A DNA stretch of 64,000 bases from Candidatus Doudnabacteria bacterium RIFCSPHIGHO2_12_FULL_48_16 (GCA_001780035.1 MFEY01000007.1:6212-70211), one strand, 5' to 3'; numbered from the stretch's first letter, positions 44,849-56,046 are shown. The notes: generated from the letters alone by a model not told the origin. Numbers and translations: made by a program.

Positions 44849-45217
44849 TTATTTTTTAACTCCTTCAGCCGGGGCTTTGGATGCTTCTTGGGCCCGCTTT
44901 TCGGCTTCGGCCGCAGCCATGGCTTCGTCTTTGGCCATTTTGCCGCCGTGTCTGGTAAATTTGCGGGTGGGGGAAAATTCGCCGAGCTTGTGGCCAACCA
45001 TATTTTCCGAGCAGAGAACTGAGATAAAAATCTTCCCGTTGTGCACGAGGAAAGTCATGCCGACCATTTCTGGAAAAATCGTGGAGTCGCGAGACCAGGT
45101 TTTGATCTCAACTTTAAGTTTTCCGCCGGAGGCGGATCCGCCGCTGGCGGAAACTTTCTGGATTTTGGCCAGCAGTTTCGCGTCGATAAAGGGTCCTTTT
45201 TTTAACGATCTTGACAT
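44849..45217 (-). CDS. rpsS: 30S ribosomal protein S19, with a C-terminal extension
   Basis: [21 protein letters not shown]…, followed by an Ala/Lys/Glu-rich tail. Confidence 0.85.
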   Translation of the reverse strand: MSRSLKKGPFIDAKLLAKIQKVSASGGSASGGKLKVEIKTWSRDSTIFPEMVGMTFLVHNGKIFISVLCSENMVGHKLGEFSPTRKFTRHGGKMAKDEAMAAAEAEKRAQEASKAPAEGVKK

Positions 45218-45218
45218 A

Positions 45219-45764
45219 TTATTTAGTGAATTTAAAACTGGAAAGAATCAGCTTTATCTCGTCCAGATTATATTTCTGGGTCAAAATATAATAAATTGTA
45301 CCGTTATGTTTAACTAAAACTTCGTATGAGGAAACGCTCACACTGCCGTCTTCATTCGTTCCGGGATACTTTTCAACAAATGCATATCCATTTTCGCCGG
45401 CAAAAGTAATTGCGGATTCAACCGGTACGCTGCCACCCACTGCCTTCTTTAACTGCTGTCTGACGGTTTCAAAAGGCTTGGTTTCTATTCGGACAGCTAG
45501 ATAAACTGTCATATTGTCAGCATCAGATTTACTTTGCAAAACAGTGTTTTCAAAGTCAATTCCGTCACTACCGTTCAGTAAATATTTGTCAGCGGGATAT
45601 TCAAATTCAAAACCATACTTAGTATTTGTGTAGGTTTTCCAGGTCGCGGGGTCAGTATCAGTTTTAGTAATTGTTTGATTCTGGGCAGGCTGAACAGCGG
45701 CTTGCTGGTTGCAGGCGGCGGCGATGAACAACATTGAAATTGTCAGAAATAAAAGTTTCTTCAT
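45219..45764 (-). CDS. Lipoprotein of the W-TY-N-KYGFEF-YP family, paralog 5, inserted between rpsS and rplB
   Basis: Lipobox LFIAAAC, motif [21 protein letters not shown], and a C-terminus …[10 protein letters not shown]. Confidence 0.55.
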   Translation of the reverse strand: MKKLLFLTISMLFIAAACNQQAAVQPAQNQTITKTDTDPATWKTYTNTKYGFEFEYPADKYLLNGSDGIDFENTVLQSKSDADNMTVYLAVRIETKPFETVRQQLKKAVGGSVPVESAITFAGENGYAFVEKYPGTNEDGSVSVSSYEVLVKHNGTIYYILTQKYNLDEIKLILSSFKFTK

Positions 45765-45765
45765 A

Positions 45766-46599
45766 TTACCTTCGTCTCTTAACGATAAATTTATTCGAGG
45801 ATCTCTTCTTGTTGCGGGTCTTCACGCCCAAGGCATGCTTGCCCCAGGGAGTCTTCGGGTATTTCAAACCAATTGGGTTGTGGCCTTCGCCGCCGCCATG
45901 TGGATGGTCAATCGGGTTCATGGCTTTGCCGCGCACCGATGGGCGGATGCCCCGGTGGCGGTTGCGCCCCGCTTTGCCGATTCTAACATACATCCAGTCC
46001 GTATTGGAAACCTGGCCGACGGTGGCCAGCGAATTGCCCGGAATTTTGCGGATTTCACCGGACGGCAGCTTCAATGTCGAATAATCGGGATCCTGGGATT
46101 GCACGATTGCATAAGACCCGGCGGCGCGGACCATCTGTCCCCCGCCCTGGCCGAGAATTTCCACATCGTGAACATTGGCGCCGATCGGAATATTTCGGAG
46201 CATCATCCGGTTGCCCGGCTTAATTTCGGTCCGATCCGCAGTCAGTAAAATCTCGCCGACTTTGACGCCATCCGGAGCCAAAATATACCGTTTTTCACCG
46301 TCAAGGTAAGACAATCGGGTAATAAAGGCGCTGCGTCCCGGATCGTATTCCAGAGTTTCCACCTTGGCCGGAATATTCATTTTGTCGCGGCGGCTAAAGT
46401 CCAAAGTTCGAACTTTCAGTTTATGACCTCCGCCCTGATGGCGAGTGGTAATCTTGCCCTGGTTATTGCGGCCGGCGGTGCGGCCAAACGACTTGATCGC
46501 CGATTTCATGGGCCGCGTGTTCTTGGTCAAAACCGAATAATCTGTAACCGAATGAATGCGGCGGCCGGCGGAAGTTGGTTTATAAATCTTAATTGCCAT
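45766..46599 (-). CDS. rplB: 50S ribosomal protein L2
   Basis: 277 aa (…GGGHKLKVRTLDF…, …GRNNQGKITTRHQGGG…). Confidence 0.9.
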   Translation of the reverse strand: MAIKIYKPTSAGRRIHSVTDYSVLTKNTRPMKSAIKSFGRTAGRNNQGKITTRHQGGGHKLKVRTLDFSRRDKMNIPAKVETLEYDPGRSAFITRLSYLDGEKRYILAPDGVKVGEILLTADRTEIKPGNRMMLRNIPIGANVHDVEILGQGGGQMVRAAGSYAIVQSQDPDYSTLKLPSGEIRKIPGNSLATVGQVSNTDWMYVRIGKAGRNRHRGIRPSVRGKAMNPIDHPHGGGEGHNPIGLKYPKTPWGKHALGVKTRNKKRSSNKFIVKRRR

Positions 46600-46602
46600 A
46601 AA

Positions 46603-47010
46603 TTAAATCCCTTCGGCCAAACTGGAAATTTTTTCCCCGGTTTTTAATGTCACGATCGCTTTCTTCCAGTCCTGGGTCTTGCCGGTGCTGTGGCCGTGGC
46701 GGCGTTTTTTGCCGGTCACGCTGATCATATTGACCGAAACCACATGAACATCGTAAACCTGTTCGACCGCTTTTTTAACCTCAATCTTGTTTGTATTTTT
46801 GGCGACGCGGAAGACATAGCGGCCGGATTGTGAAAATAAATTGCTCTTCTCGGACAAATGGTAATTGCGCAAAACCCGGTGGGCCCGGCCGGTGTTTTCT
46901 TTTAACGCCTGGTGAGTCTTGGTCTCCACGGGCTCCTTGACCATGTCCAAAACATTCTCGTCTTTCTGAGCGGGCTTCACAGCGTCTTTTTTTCGTCCAA
47001 ATAATGCCAT
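46603..47010 (-). CDS. rplW: 50S ribosomal protein L23, with an N-terminal extension
   Basis: The C-terminal part is …YVFRVAKNTNKIEVKKAVEQVYDVHVVSVNMI…. 135 aa. Confidence 0.85.
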   Translation of the reverse strand: MALFGRKKDAVKPAQKDENVLDMVKEPVETKTHQALKENTGRAHRVLRNYHLSEKSNLFSQSGRYVFRVAKNTNKIEVKKAVEQVYDVHVVSVNMISVTGKKRRHGHSTGKTQDWKKAIVTLKTGEKISSLAEGI

Positions 47011-47011
47011 A

Positions 47012-47650
47012 TTACTTTAGGTAAGTTTTTTCAATTATCGGCAGGGCATCCGCCGTTACGATCGCATCGGCTCGCATTAAATCCAAAACATTCAAATGAG
47101 TCGCGGGTAAAATTTTAACATTGGGCAAGTTGCGGGCGGCGTTTTCCAGTTCGGCGTTATGAGTGGCAATGATCAAAATAAATTTTTTGCCCAATCCGGC
47201 TTTGGCCGCGATAGTGTTAAGCTGTTTGGCCAATTCCCCGGTTTTCGCCGTCTGGCCGATTTTATCCACGACAATCAACTTGCTCTCCTTAAACTTGTCA
47301 GTCAAAACCGTAAACAGCGCTTTGCGCCAGGCGGAGCGGTTCATTTTGAGCGACCAGTCGCGATTATTGCGCGGTCCAAACGTAATGCCGCCGTGTCGCC
47401 ACAGTGGCGAACGAACCGAACCGGCGCGCGCCCGACCAGTGCCTTTTTGCTTCCACGGCTTTTTGCCGCTGCCGGCAACCTCGCCCATCATTTTGGTGTG
47501 GGCCCAAGGGCCGCGAACGTTGTTGCGCTGCGTTCTGACAGCCGCGTGAATTAAATTGGCGTCGAGTTTTTCAATGCCAAAAATCTTCGGATTCAAAGTG
47601 AGTTCCGAAATTTTCTCGCCGCTTTGGTTGTAGACTGAGGCCTTAGTCAT
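47012..47650 (-). CDS. rplD: 50S ribosomal protein L4
   Basis: MTKASVYNQSGEKISELTL…. The start is trimmed to the Met whose ATG overlaps the upstream stop as ATGACTAA. Confidence 0.85.
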   Translation of the reverse strand: MTKASVYNQSGEKISELTLNPKIFGIEKLDANLIHAAVRTQRNNVRGPWAHTKMMGEVAGSGKKPWKQKGTGRARAGSVRSPLWRHGGITFGPRNNRDWSLKMNRSAWRKALFTVLTDKFKESKLIVVDKIGQTAKTGELAKQLNTIAAKAGLGKKFILIIATHNAELENAARNLPNVKILPATHLNVLDLMRADAIVTADALPIIEKTYLK

Positions 47651-48242
47651 AGTTCTTGATAATGTTTGGATAATCGGTAAACACTCCGTCAATTCCCAAT
47701 GCTTTCAGCTTTTGAAATTGAGTGGGATTGTTGACGGTCCAGACAAATACTTTTTTACCCAAGCGCCGGAAGCGCTGAATCAACAGTTTCTTTGCCAGGA
47801 AAGTTTTTGGATGAATGGAATAAAGTTTGAGAACTTTATCAAGCTTCGGGATAAAGGGAATCAGAAACCAGTTGGCTTTTCCGATCACTAGTCCCAGCTG
47901 GACGCTTTCGTCCAAAGCCCTAATTTTCTGCAGTATCTTGGGATACTTAGAGGAAATCAGAACACTGGATGAAAAATTTTTAATGGCGCTTAATACTTCC
48001 CGCTCAAGCCCCGCTTGTTTCAGTTCCAGATTGACCGGAACTGTGATTACGCCCAAGGCTTCAGCCAAAGTCGTAAGATTCAATTTAGAAGAGTTATTGT
48101 GGCTTAAAACTATTTGGCCCGCTTTATCACGGCGCAAATCTGTTTCAACCATATCGACGCCCAACTCCACCGCCTTTTGAAAAGAACCGATCGTGTTTTC
48201 CTTCGCAAGCCCTGCTGCTCCCCGGTGCCCGATGATCAGCAT
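47643..48242 (-). CDS. Glycerophosphodiester phosphodiesterase family protein, inserted between rplC and rplD
   Basis: MLIIGHRGAAGLAKENTIGSFQKAVELGVDMVETDLRRDKAGQIVLSHN is the GDPD signature (HRG…E.D). Confidence 0.8.
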   Translation of the reverse strand: MLIIGHRGAAGLAKENTIGSFQKAVELGVDMVETDLRRDKAGQIVLSHNNSSKLNLTTLAEALGVITVPVNLELKQAGLEREVLSAIKNFSSSVLISSKYPKILQKIRALDESVQLGLVIGKANWFLIPFIPKLDKVLKLYSIHPKTFLAKKLLIQRFRRLGKKVFVWTVNNPTQFQKLKALGIDGVFTDYPNIIKNYD

Positions 48243-48243
48243 G

Positions 48244-48834
48244 CTAGGATGCCTGAATCTTCACTATACCACCGTTGGCTCCCGGCACCGCCCCTTTCAC
48301 GGCGATCAGATTGCGCTTTACATCCACATCGATGACTTCGAGATTGGTAACGGTCCTAACCCCGGCCATATGGCCTGCCATACGCAATCCTTTGCGGACA
48401 TGCTGCGGGAACCGGCCGCCGATCGCACCGACGGCGCGGGGGTGGTCATGGCCGTGGGACGCCGGGGCGCCTTTGAAACCGTGGCGTTTAATCGGACCGG
48501 CAAAGCCGCGGCCTTTCATTTCGGCCGTGACTTTAACTTTGTCGCCGATGACAAAAGTATCAACTTTAATCTCCTGCCCTTTGGTAAAAATATCCTTGTC
48601 GGAAGTTCGAAATTCAGCCAAGGTTTTGAACGCCCCATGGCCGGCTTCGGCCTTGGTCGGATGCTTCTTTTTGCCAAAACCCACCTGCACCGCGGTATAT
48701 TTGTCCTTATCTGCAGTTTTGACCTGGACGACCATCACCGGACCGGCCTTCAACACGGTCACCGGCACGACTTTGCCGTCCTTGGTGAACATCTGCGACA
48801 TATTCAGTTTTTCCGCGATGATGAATTTGGCCAT
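48244..48834 (-). CDS. rplC: 50S ribosomal protein L3
   Basis: MAKFIIAEKLNMSQMFTKDGKVVPVTVLKAGP…. Confidence 0.9.
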   Translation of the reverse strand: MAKFIIAEKLNMSQMFTKDGKVVPVTVLKAGPVMVVQVKTADKDKYTAVQVGFGKKKHPTKAEAGHGAFKTLAEFRTSDKDIFTKGQEIKVDTFVIGDKVKVTAEMKGRGFAGPIKRHGFKGAPASHGHDHPRAVGAIGGRFPQHVRKGLRMAGHMAGVRTVTNLEVIDVDVKRNLIAVKGAVPGANGGIVKIQAS

Positions 48835-49039
48835 TTGATTCTCTTCAAATTGGTGCCACCCTCTCCCTCTGGGAGAGGGGCTGGGGGTGAGGGTTTACTT
48901 TCTTAAACAAAAACCATTCAGATCCCAGAGTAATTCAGAAACCTGAATGGTTCTTCTTGAGGATCGCCGTTGTCCATCTTGTCCGCCGAAGTTTTAGCGT
49001 AGGCGGAATCGGACCTGACACAATCTAAATATTTAATTT

Positions 49040-49363
49040 TTACATTTTAATTTCGATGTCCACGCCAGCCGGAAGGTTCATATTGGAGAGGGCATCGATG
49101 GTTTTGGGGGTTGGACTGCCGATATCAATCAATCGCTTATGAATGCGCATTTCAAACTGTTCGCGGGAGTTCTTATGGACAAAGGTCGAACGGTTAACCG
49201 TATACTTGGTCTTTTCGGTTGGAAGCGGAACCGGACCAATGACCGCCGCCCCGGAACGCTTGGCGGTTTCCACAATCTGGCGGGCTGATTGGTCAATGAG
49301 CTTATGGTCATAAGCTCTGATCTTGATCCTGATTCTTCCTGATTCGGTCTTATCTTGCGGCAT
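49040..49363 (-). CDS. rpsJ: 30S ribosomal protein S10
   Basis: …[39 protein letters not shown]…. Confidence 0.9.
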   Translation of the reverse strand: MPQDKTESGRIRIKIRAYDHKLIDQSARQIVETAKRSGAAVIGPVPLPTEKTKYTVNRSTFVHKNSREQFEMRIHKRLIDIGSPTPKTIDALSNMNLPAGVDIEIKM

Positions 49364-49540
49364 TCGATTGAGTTGGTAAGTTAACTGCGGGTTAATAAAT
49401 TTAGTTGGGTAACTTCAGTATTTTACACAAATTGAGGGTATTTGTCAAACCCGACGCTTACGGGTCGGGTCCCCGACAAAACGTCGGGGCAGAAGGCAGA
49501 TTAAAGGACTAGCCGGGAATTGGCTAGTCCTTTCTTGTCA

Positions 49541-50728
49541 TTATTTGCTGATTTTCAGAACCACTCCGGCGCCGACGGTGTGTCCGCCTTCGCGGATGGC
49601 AAACCGCATCTTTTCTTCGATGGCAACTGGGGTAATGAGCTTGATTTTCAAGGTCACGGTGTCGCCGGGCATGACCATTTCCTGGCCGGCAGGCAACTCA
49701 ACTTCTCCGGTCACGTCAGTGGTTCGAATGTAGAACTGAGGCTTATAACCTTTGAAAAACGGGGTATGGCGGCCACCTTCTTCCTTGGTCAGAATGTAAA
49801 CTTCGGCGTCGAATTCAGTATGTGGCGTAACCGATCCAATCTTAGCCAAAACCTGGCCACGCTCAACTTCTTCCTTCTTGGTGCCGCGAAGCAGGATCCC
49901 GGCGTTATCACCGGCCCGGCCTTCATCAAGCTGCTTGTTGAACATTTCAATTCCGGTCACAACCGTCTTGGTGGTCGGGCGGATGCCGACGATTTCGACT
50001 TCTTCGCCAACCTTGATGATACCCCGTTCGATTCTGCCGGTGACAACGGTACCGCGGCCTTCAATCGAGAAGATGTCTTCAATCGGCATAAGAAACGGCT
50101 TGTCTGTTTCGCGAACCGGATCCGGGATATAGGTGTCGAGAGCTTCCACCAGCTTCAAAATTGCCGGCTCGCCCAATTCAGAGGCATCGCCTTCCAAAGC
50201 TTTCAAGGCGCTGCCGCGAATAATCGGAGTGTCTTTGCCCGGGAAACCGTATTTAGTCAATAAATCCCGGATTTCTTCTTCCACCAAGTCCAAAAGTTCC
50301 TTATCAGGCACGGTGTCAACTTTGTTCATAAACACGACGATATAAGGCACGCCGACCTGTTTGGCGAGCAAAATGTGTTCGCGAGTCTGAGGCATCGGAC
50401 CGTCCGCAGCGGACACAACCAAGATCGCACCGTCCATCTGAGCGGCGCCGGTGATCATGTTCTTGATGTAGTCAGCGTGACCCGGACAATCCACGTGCGC
50501 ATAGTGGCGTTTGTCGGATTCGTATTCGACGTGGGTGGTATTGATGGTAATACCGCGGGCTTTTTCTTCCGGCGACTTGTCGATATCGTCATAAGCCCGG
50601 GCCTTGGCCTTGCCGGTTTTGGCCAAAACATTGGTGATCGCCGCGGTCAGCGTGGTCTTACCGTGGTCAACGTGGCCAATGGTGCCGATGTTGACGTGCG
50701 GCTTGGACCGGTCAAATTTATCTGCCAT
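49541..50728 (-). CDS. tuf: Elongation factor Tu
   Basis: [27 protein letters not shown]… with the G1-G5 motifs. The start is trimmed to the conserved Met. Confidence 0.95.
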   Translation of the reverse strand: MADKFDRSKPHVNIGTIGHVDHGKTTLTAAITNVLAKTGKAKARAYDDIDKSPEEKARGITINTTHVEYESDKRHYAHVDCPGHADYIKNMITGAAQMDGAILVVSAADGPMPQTREHILLAKQVGVPYIVVFMNKVDTVPDKELLDLVEEEIRDLLTKYGFPGKDTPIIRGSALKALEGDASELGEPAILKLVEALDTYIPDPVRETDKPFLMPIEDIFSIEGRGTVVTGRIERGIIKVGEEVEIVGIRPTTKTVVTGIEMFNKQLDEGRAGDNAGILLRGTKKEEVERGQVLAKIGSVTPHTEFDAEVYILTKEEGGRHTPFFKGYKPQFYIRTTDVTGEVELPAGQEMVMPGDTVTLKIKLITPVAIEEKMRFAIREGGHTVGAGVVLKISK

Positions 50729-50996
50729 TTGATTAGATTCCTTGTGGCGTTTAAGTATCAAGGTCTCCTGATGCTAGGCGAAGTTCCCCATGCCCGGGGT
50801 GCTTAGCCAAGTTCAGAAGCCAACTTAAAAAACCGCCTTAAATTAATGGTTTTTACCCGCTTAAACCCTAAGGATTTTACACAGGCTTCCAAATTATAAA
50901 GCAAACATGTCGTTTTGGCAAGCCCTGTGGATTACTTTACTAACAATTCCCAAATTGATAGTATTTAGCCGAAGGAGGAGCCTCTAAAGGCGCATT

Positions 50997-51173
50997 ATGA
51001 CCAAAACCACCCGAACCCGGGCCCTGCTGGCCATTGCGGCGCTGTGCTTTAGCACGGCAACCGGCCAACACGCGATCGCGGTCGGTATTCGTTTTTCAAT
51101 CACTTTAGCCCACTCAGCGTTCGGCACGGACGCGGCCGCCGACCTGTTCCGGTTCATCCACTAGGAGTCCTCA
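50997..51173 (+). CDS. Hypothetical small protein in the second high-GC island (signal-peptide-like N-terminus)
   Basis: MTKTTRTRALLAIAALCFSTATGQHAIAV… at about 65% GC. A weak call. Confidence 0.2.
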
Positions 51174-51358
51174 TGAGCCTGACAACCCGAGCGCGCAGCC
51201 TTGAGAGCGCGATCGATCTGATCCGAGCGACCCGGCAAGCCCAGCCAAAGCGCCGAATCGAAGTCACGGTGGATGACGAAAGCCGGATCAGCCCCTTGCT
51301 TCGGGCCGGGGCCGATTTCGTCTGCGTCGCGCCACCGGCCGGAAAGGCAACCCACTAA
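51173..51358 (+). CDS. Hypothetical small protein in the second high-GC island
   Basis: 61 aa (MSLTTRARSLESAIDLIRATRQAQPKRRIEVTVDDESRISPLLRAGADFVCVAPPAGKATH). High GC, and on the strand opposite to the operon. Confidence 0.2.
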   Translation: MSLTTRARSLESAIDLIRATRQAQPKRRIEVTVDDESRISPLLRAGADFVCVAPPAGKATH

Positions 51359-51538
51359 TGAACTGGCACTGGCGAGAGTGGGTTGCAAACAATCGAAACG
51401 GCGAACGCGTGTTGCCTAAAGCAACACCCGCGAGCCGTTTTTCATTTGGGACGGTTGCAACTTACGCGACAACATATAAATTCATAAAAATAAAAACACC
51501 TCCTCGCAAATGCAAGAAAGCGTTTCTAAAAATCTATT

Positions 51539-53671
51539 CTACTTACCAACCTGTCCCACCCGGATCTTACCGGTTTCACCGATAATCTTATCCGCGACAT
51601 TTCGCGGGACTTCTTCGTAGTGATGAAATTCCATGCTGTAGGAAGCCTGGCCCTGGGACATGGACCGGATCTGGGTGGCATAGCCGAACATTTCGGCCAG
51701 CGGCACTTCGGCGTCCACCACTTTGAGATTGCCCCGCTCCGTCATTTCATTGATCTTGCCGCGCTTGGCGTTCAAATCGCCGATGACATCCCCCAAAGAT
51801 ACTTCAGGAGTTAAAACCTCCACTTTCATAATCGGCTCCAACAGAATCGGCTGAGCTTTCCGGACCGCGGCCTGGAACGCCATGGAGCCGGCAATTTTAA
51901 ACGCGATTTCCGAGGAGTCAACTTCATGATAAGAGCCGTCGAGCAAGGTTGTTTTCACGTTCAAGACCGGGAACCCGGCGATGACGCCGCGATCCTCGGC
52001 TTCTTCGATGCCTTTTTGAATGGGCTTGATATATTCCTTGGGAATCACGCCACCCACGATTTCATTGATAAATTCGTTGCCCTTGGTCGGGTCATCTTGG
52101 GGTTCGATTTTAATCACGGCATGACCATACTGGCCGCGGCCACCGGTTTGACGAATGTATTTACCTTCCGCTTCGGCGCTGCCCTTGATCGTTTCTTTAT
52201 ACGCCACTTGCGGCCGACCAACATTGGCTTCCACTTTAAACTCGCGCTTCATGCGGTCGACGATGATCTCCAAATGCAATTCGCCCATGCCCGCAATCAA
52301 AGTCTGATTGGTTTCTTCGTCGGATTTGATGCGGAAAGTCGGATCTTCTTCAGCCAGTTTCTGTAAGGCCAACCCCATTTTTTCCTGGTCTTGTTTGGTT
52401 TTCGGTTCAATCGCGACCGAAATAACCGGTTCCGGAAATTTGATGGATTCCAATTGAACCGGAAAATCAACATCACAAAGCGTATCCCCGGTAAAGGTAT
52501 CCTTGGGCCCGACCAACGCGGCGATATCGCCGGAATAAACCTCTTTCACTTCCTCACGGGAATCAGCATGAAGTCGGACCAAGCGGCCGACGCGTTCTTT
52601 GTTGCCCGAGCGGGAGTTTAAAATATAGGAGCCGGCCTGCAGCGTGCCGGTATAAACGCGGAAGAACGCCAGTTTGCCAACAAAGGGGTCGGTGGCAATC
52701 TTAAAAGCCAGGGCCACAAATTTACCTTCGTCATTCGCCGTCAGCAACAATTCTTCTTTGGTTTTGGTGTTTATCGCTTTCACCGCGGGCTTATCGAGCG
52801 GGCTAGGCAGATAATTGACCACGGCGTCTAAAATTGAGGTCACGATCAGCCCCCGGCCGTCGCCGCCTAAAACCGGATAAAATTTACCGGTCAGCGTAGC
52901 TTTCCGGATCGCAGTTTTAAACTCCGCTTCAGTCAGTTCCTTTCCAGCTAAATATTTTTCCATTATTGCGTCATCGGACTCGACTACCCGTTCCATCAGC
53001 CGGTGACGGTATTCTTTGCATTTTTCCAGCATATCAGCCGGCACTTCACCTTCCGTAAATCCCTTATCCTTGTGTTCCTTATATGTGTAGGATTTCATGC
53101 GGACCAAATCCACGATGCCGTTGATATCTTTTTCAAATCCGATCGGCAATTGAATTGGGTAAGCATTGGGCGAAAGGCGCTTATGGATCGCATCCAATGA
53201 TTTATAAAAATCCCCGCCAGTTTGGTTGATCTTATTGATGAAGCACATGCGCGGGACCGCGTATTTGTCAGCCTGGCGCCAGACGGTTTCGGATTGAGGC
53301 TCGACACCCATTTTGCCGTCAAAGACGACGACTGCGCCGTCCAGAACGCGCAAAGAGCGCTCCACCTCGACCGTGAAGTCTACGTGGCCCGGAGTATCGA
53401 TGATATTGATGCGATGGGTATCGGAGACGTGTTCCCCATTTTGCACAGACGGTGACCAAAAAGAAGTGGTTGCGGCAGCCGTAATGGTAATGCCGCGCTC
53501 CCGTTCCTGTTCCATCCAGTCCATGGCTGTGTTGCCTTCGTGGACTTCGCCGATCTTGTGGATTTTACCGGTATAAAATAAAATCGACTCGGTCGTGGTG
53601 GTCTTACCAGCATCGATATGGGCAATAATTCCAATGTTTCTCGTGTGTTCTAAACTATATTCTCTGGGCAT
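51539..53671 (-). CDS. fusA: Elongation factor G
   Basis: [28 protein letters not shown]…. 710 aa. Confidence 0.95.
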   Translation of the reverse strand: MPREYSLEHTRNIGIIAHIDAGKTTTTESILFYTGKIHKIGEVHEGNTAMDWMEQERERGITITAAATTSFWSPSVQNGEHVSDTHRINIIDTPGHVDFTVEVERSLRVLDGAVVVFDGKMGVEPQSETVWRQADKYAVPRMCFINKINQTGGDFYKSLDAIHKRLSPNAYPIQLPIGFEKDINGIVDLVRMKSYTYKEHKDKGFTEGEVPADMLEKCKEYRHRLMERVVESDDAIMEKYLAGKELTEAEFKTAIRKATLTGKFYPVLGGDGRGLIVTSILDAVVNYLPSPLDKPAVKAINTKTKEELLLTANDEGKFVALAFKIATDPFVGKLAFFRVYTGTLQAGSYILNSRSGNKERVGRLVRLHADSREEVKEVYSGDIAALVGPKDTFTGDTLCDVDFPVQLESIKFPEPVISVAIEPKTKQDQEKMGLALQKLAEEDPTFRIKSDEETNQTLIAGMGELHLEIIVDRMKREFKVEANVGRPQVAYKETIKGSAEAEGKYIRQTGGRGQYGHAVIKIEPQDDPTKGNEFINEIVGGVIPKEYIKPIQKGIEEAEDRGVIAGFPVLNVKTTLLDGSYHEVDSSEIAFKIAGSMAFQAAVRKAQPILLEPIMKVEVLTPEVSLGDVIGDLNAKRGKINEMTERGNLKVVDAEVPLAEMFGYATQIRSMSQGQASYSMEFHHYEEVPRNVADKIIGETGKIRVGQVGK

Positions 53672-53738
53672 AATTTTAGATTAGAGCGTTCAGCGTAGAG
53701 CGTTCAGGATCTGCGCCCTGCACGCTACCCGCTGTACG

Positions 53739-54224
53739 CTATCTTCGCTGGAATCGGGCGAAGTGGGCGAACGCTTTGTTCGCTTCCGCCATTTTATGCA
53801 CGTCTTCGCGTTTTTTGATGGCGGCGCCCGTCTTGTTATAGGCTTCCATAAATTCCGTAGCCAATTTTTCGGCCATTGGCTTGCCCTTTTTGGATCGAGC
53901 CGCGTCAATCAGCCATTTCATGCCGAGGGCGGTTTTGCGGGGTTCCTGGACTTCCATCGGAACCTGGTAGTTGGCCCCGCCGATGCGGCGACCTTTAACT
54001 TCCACAATCGGGGTGACGTTGCGGATCGCCTGTTCGAACACAGCCTTCGGATCGGTCTTCATGTCCGCTTCGATTTTGTTGAACGCGTCATAAACAATCT
54101 TCATGGCCACGGTCTTCTTGCCCCGTTCCATAATGTAATTGATAAATTTGCCGATTTTCACGCTGTTGTATTTGTGATCAGCTTCGGCCAGATGTCGTTT
54201 ATAACTTCGAGCTTTACGAGGCAT
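53739..54224 (-). CDS. rpsG: 30S ribosomal protein S7
   Basis: MPRKARSYKRHLAEADHKYNSVKIGKFINYIM…. Confidence 0.9.
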   Translation of the reverse strand: MPRKARSYKRHLAEADHKYNSVKIGKFINYIMERGKKTVAMKIVYDAFNKIEADMKTDPKAVFEQAIRNVTPIVEVKGRRIGGANYQVPMEVQEPRKTALGMKWLIDAARSKKGKPMAEKLATEFMEAYNKTGAAIKKREDVHKMAEANKAFAHFARFQRR

Positions 54225-54254
54225 AATTTATAATTTAAAATCTATAATTTCTAA

Positions 54255-54671
54255 TTACTCAGTTCTCTTGGCGCCGTATTTGCTGCGGCCCTGTTTGCGG
54301 CCTTCCACTCCGGAGGCGTCTAATTTTCCGCGGACAATATGATAGCGCACGCCCGGCAAATCTTTGACGCGGCCGCCACGAATCATAACGACGGAATGCT
54401 CCTGCAAATTATGGCCGATACCCGGAATATAAGCGGTGACTTCCATGCCGTTAGACAGACGGACGCGGGCAATTTTCCGCAAAGCAGAGTTTGGCTTTTT
54501 TGGGGTGGTGGTGGTGACTTTGATACAGACCCCGCGCTTAAACGGCGAGCCTTTCGGCAATTGGTAAGGGCGCCCTTGAAGCAGGTTAAACCCGCGGTCC
54601 AGTGCCGGGGTTTTGGATTTGTAAACTTGCTTGATTCGTCCGTGACGGACTAATTGGTTGATAGTAGGCAT
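54255..54671 (-). CDS. rpsL: 30S ribosomal protein S12
   Basis: [27 protein letters not shown]…. The 32-codon upstream ORF extension is read-through of an SR-C-like repeat (cctctccccttgtgggagaggg…). Confidence 0.9.
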   Translation of the reverse strand: MPTINQLVRHGRIKQVYKSKTPALDRGFNLLQGRPYQLPKGSPFKRGVCIKVTTTTPKKPNSALRKIARVRLSNGMEVTAYIPGIGHNLQEHSVVMIRGGRVKDLPGVRYHIVRGKLDASGVEGRKQGRSKYGAKRTE

Positions 54672-54988
54672 AATGGTTATCTTCAGATTGCCCCTCTCCC
54701 CTTGTGGGAGAGGGTGGTGCGAAGCACCGGGTGAGGGGTCTAAACCCTCTCTGTCGCTTCGCGACATCTCCCCCAGAGGGGGAGAATTATTTTGAACAAT
54801 TTACTGGCAATTAAAAACGGTCTTTTAGGACCGCGTGCAACTCAATCCGCCAGCAGGCGGATTGTCCGGTCGCTTGACCGGACCTTACGGCTTTAAAAGC
54901 TCAAAACAATTAATTCTTTTAATTATCCGCCTTCGCTAAAGCTTCGGCGGACTTCGCTGCCAAATCTTAACAGATTTTTCTTGTTATG

Positions 54989-55639
54989 TCAAATCCCAAT
55001 ATTGGATCCGAGCAGGAAATTAAGCAGGAAATTCAGCGGGGGTATTAATACTGTATTTAACAAACCGCTATAAAGAAATAAAATTATCAAAATAAAGCCG
55101 AATTTTTCCATAGACAAAATGGCATACATCCAATTCCGGTCCAGGAAGCCAAACAAACTTGCCAAAATTTTCGAGCCATCCAGTGGTGGAATCGGGATGA
55201 GGTTAAACAAACCAAGTACTAAATTCAGCAAAATCGTTTGAAATAATAATTCTTGGCCCATGTTTGATAAATTCGGACTCAACCGGTAAACAATCGCGGC
55301 CAGCACGGCCAAAACAAAATTTGTGGCTGGCCCGGCCAGCGAAACCAGAATCATATCCCATTTGAGGTTGCGCAAATTGCGGTAATCAACCGGCACCGGC
55401 TTGGCGGCGCCGAACAGAATCGGGGAATTGATCAGCAGTAAAAACACTGGTAAAAGAATCGAGCCGAACAAATCGATATGAGGTATAGGGTTTAGCGTCA
55501 GCCGGCCAGCATAGCGGGCCGTCGGATCCCCCAGTTTATCAGCCACCAGTCCGTGCGCAACCTCGTGAAAAATTACGGAAAACAGCAGAATGGCGACGTA
55601 GATTACAATTGATAGTGGATCCATAGGATTTATATGCAA
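54989..55639 (-). CDS. Site-2 protease family (M50) membrane metalloprotease, SpoIVFB-like
   Basis: The HEVAHGLVADKLGD HExxH motif sits in a transmembrane helix, there is a second LNLVLGLFNLIPIPPLDGS motif, and the protein has six transmembrane segments. Confidence 0.75.
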   Translation of the reverse strand: MHINPMDPLSIVIYVAILLFSVIFHEVAHGLVADKLGDPTARYAGRLTLNPIPHIDLFGSILLPVFLLLINSPILFGAAKPVPVDYRNLRNLKWDMILVSLAGPATNFVLAVLAAIVYRLSPNLSNMGQELLFQTILLNLVLGLFNLIPIPPLDGSKILASLFGFLDRNWMYAILSMEKFGFILIILFLYSGLLNTVLIPPLNFLLNFLLGSNIGI

Positions 55640-55785
55640 CCCTGAACTTGTTTCAGGGTCTCTTCGATGAGATCCTGACTTTCGTCAGGATTGCGAATGC
55701 GTAAGTCTTGCTTAATTTACTCAACCATGTTAATATATCCGAAGTTGCTCTAATTTTAACAAGCTTTAACCAGCCCTACAAATAT

Positions 55786-55977
55786 ATGGCAAGAGTCTGC
55801 CAAGTTTGCGGCAAAGGTTATCTCGCTACTTTTACCCGGTCGCATTCCATGCGCAAAACCAAAGTTCGGCTTTATCCCAATCTCCAGTGGATGAAGCTCG
55901 AACACGGCAAGCGCGTCAAGTCGTGCGTTAAATGCATCAAAACCCGGACTAAGCGGATGGCCGCAGTTGCTGCCTAA
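55786..55977 (+). CDS. rpmB: 50S ribosomal protein L28
   Basis: MARVCQVCGKGYLATFTRSHSMRKTKVRLYPNLQ… is collinear with L28 (MSRVCQVTGK…NRSHA…). Confidence 0.8.
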   Translation: MARVCQVCGKGYLATFTRSHSMRKTKVRLYPNLQWMKLEHGKRVKSCVKCIKTRTKRMAAVAA

Positions 55978-56046
55978 AAATCTCTAGAATTTCTAGAGAT
56001 TTTTTAATCTGTTCATAATATCCTCGCTATCGTTTATAATAACGAT

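Noticed and set aside
50765-51000. Possible tRNA genes between tuf and fusA, where tRNA-Thr/Tyr/Gly often sit in other bacteria
   Set aside because: I found no T-loop-like GGTTCGAATCC-type motif and no cloverleaf by eye. The spacer is instead occupied by the high-GC insert. It should still be run through tRNAscan.
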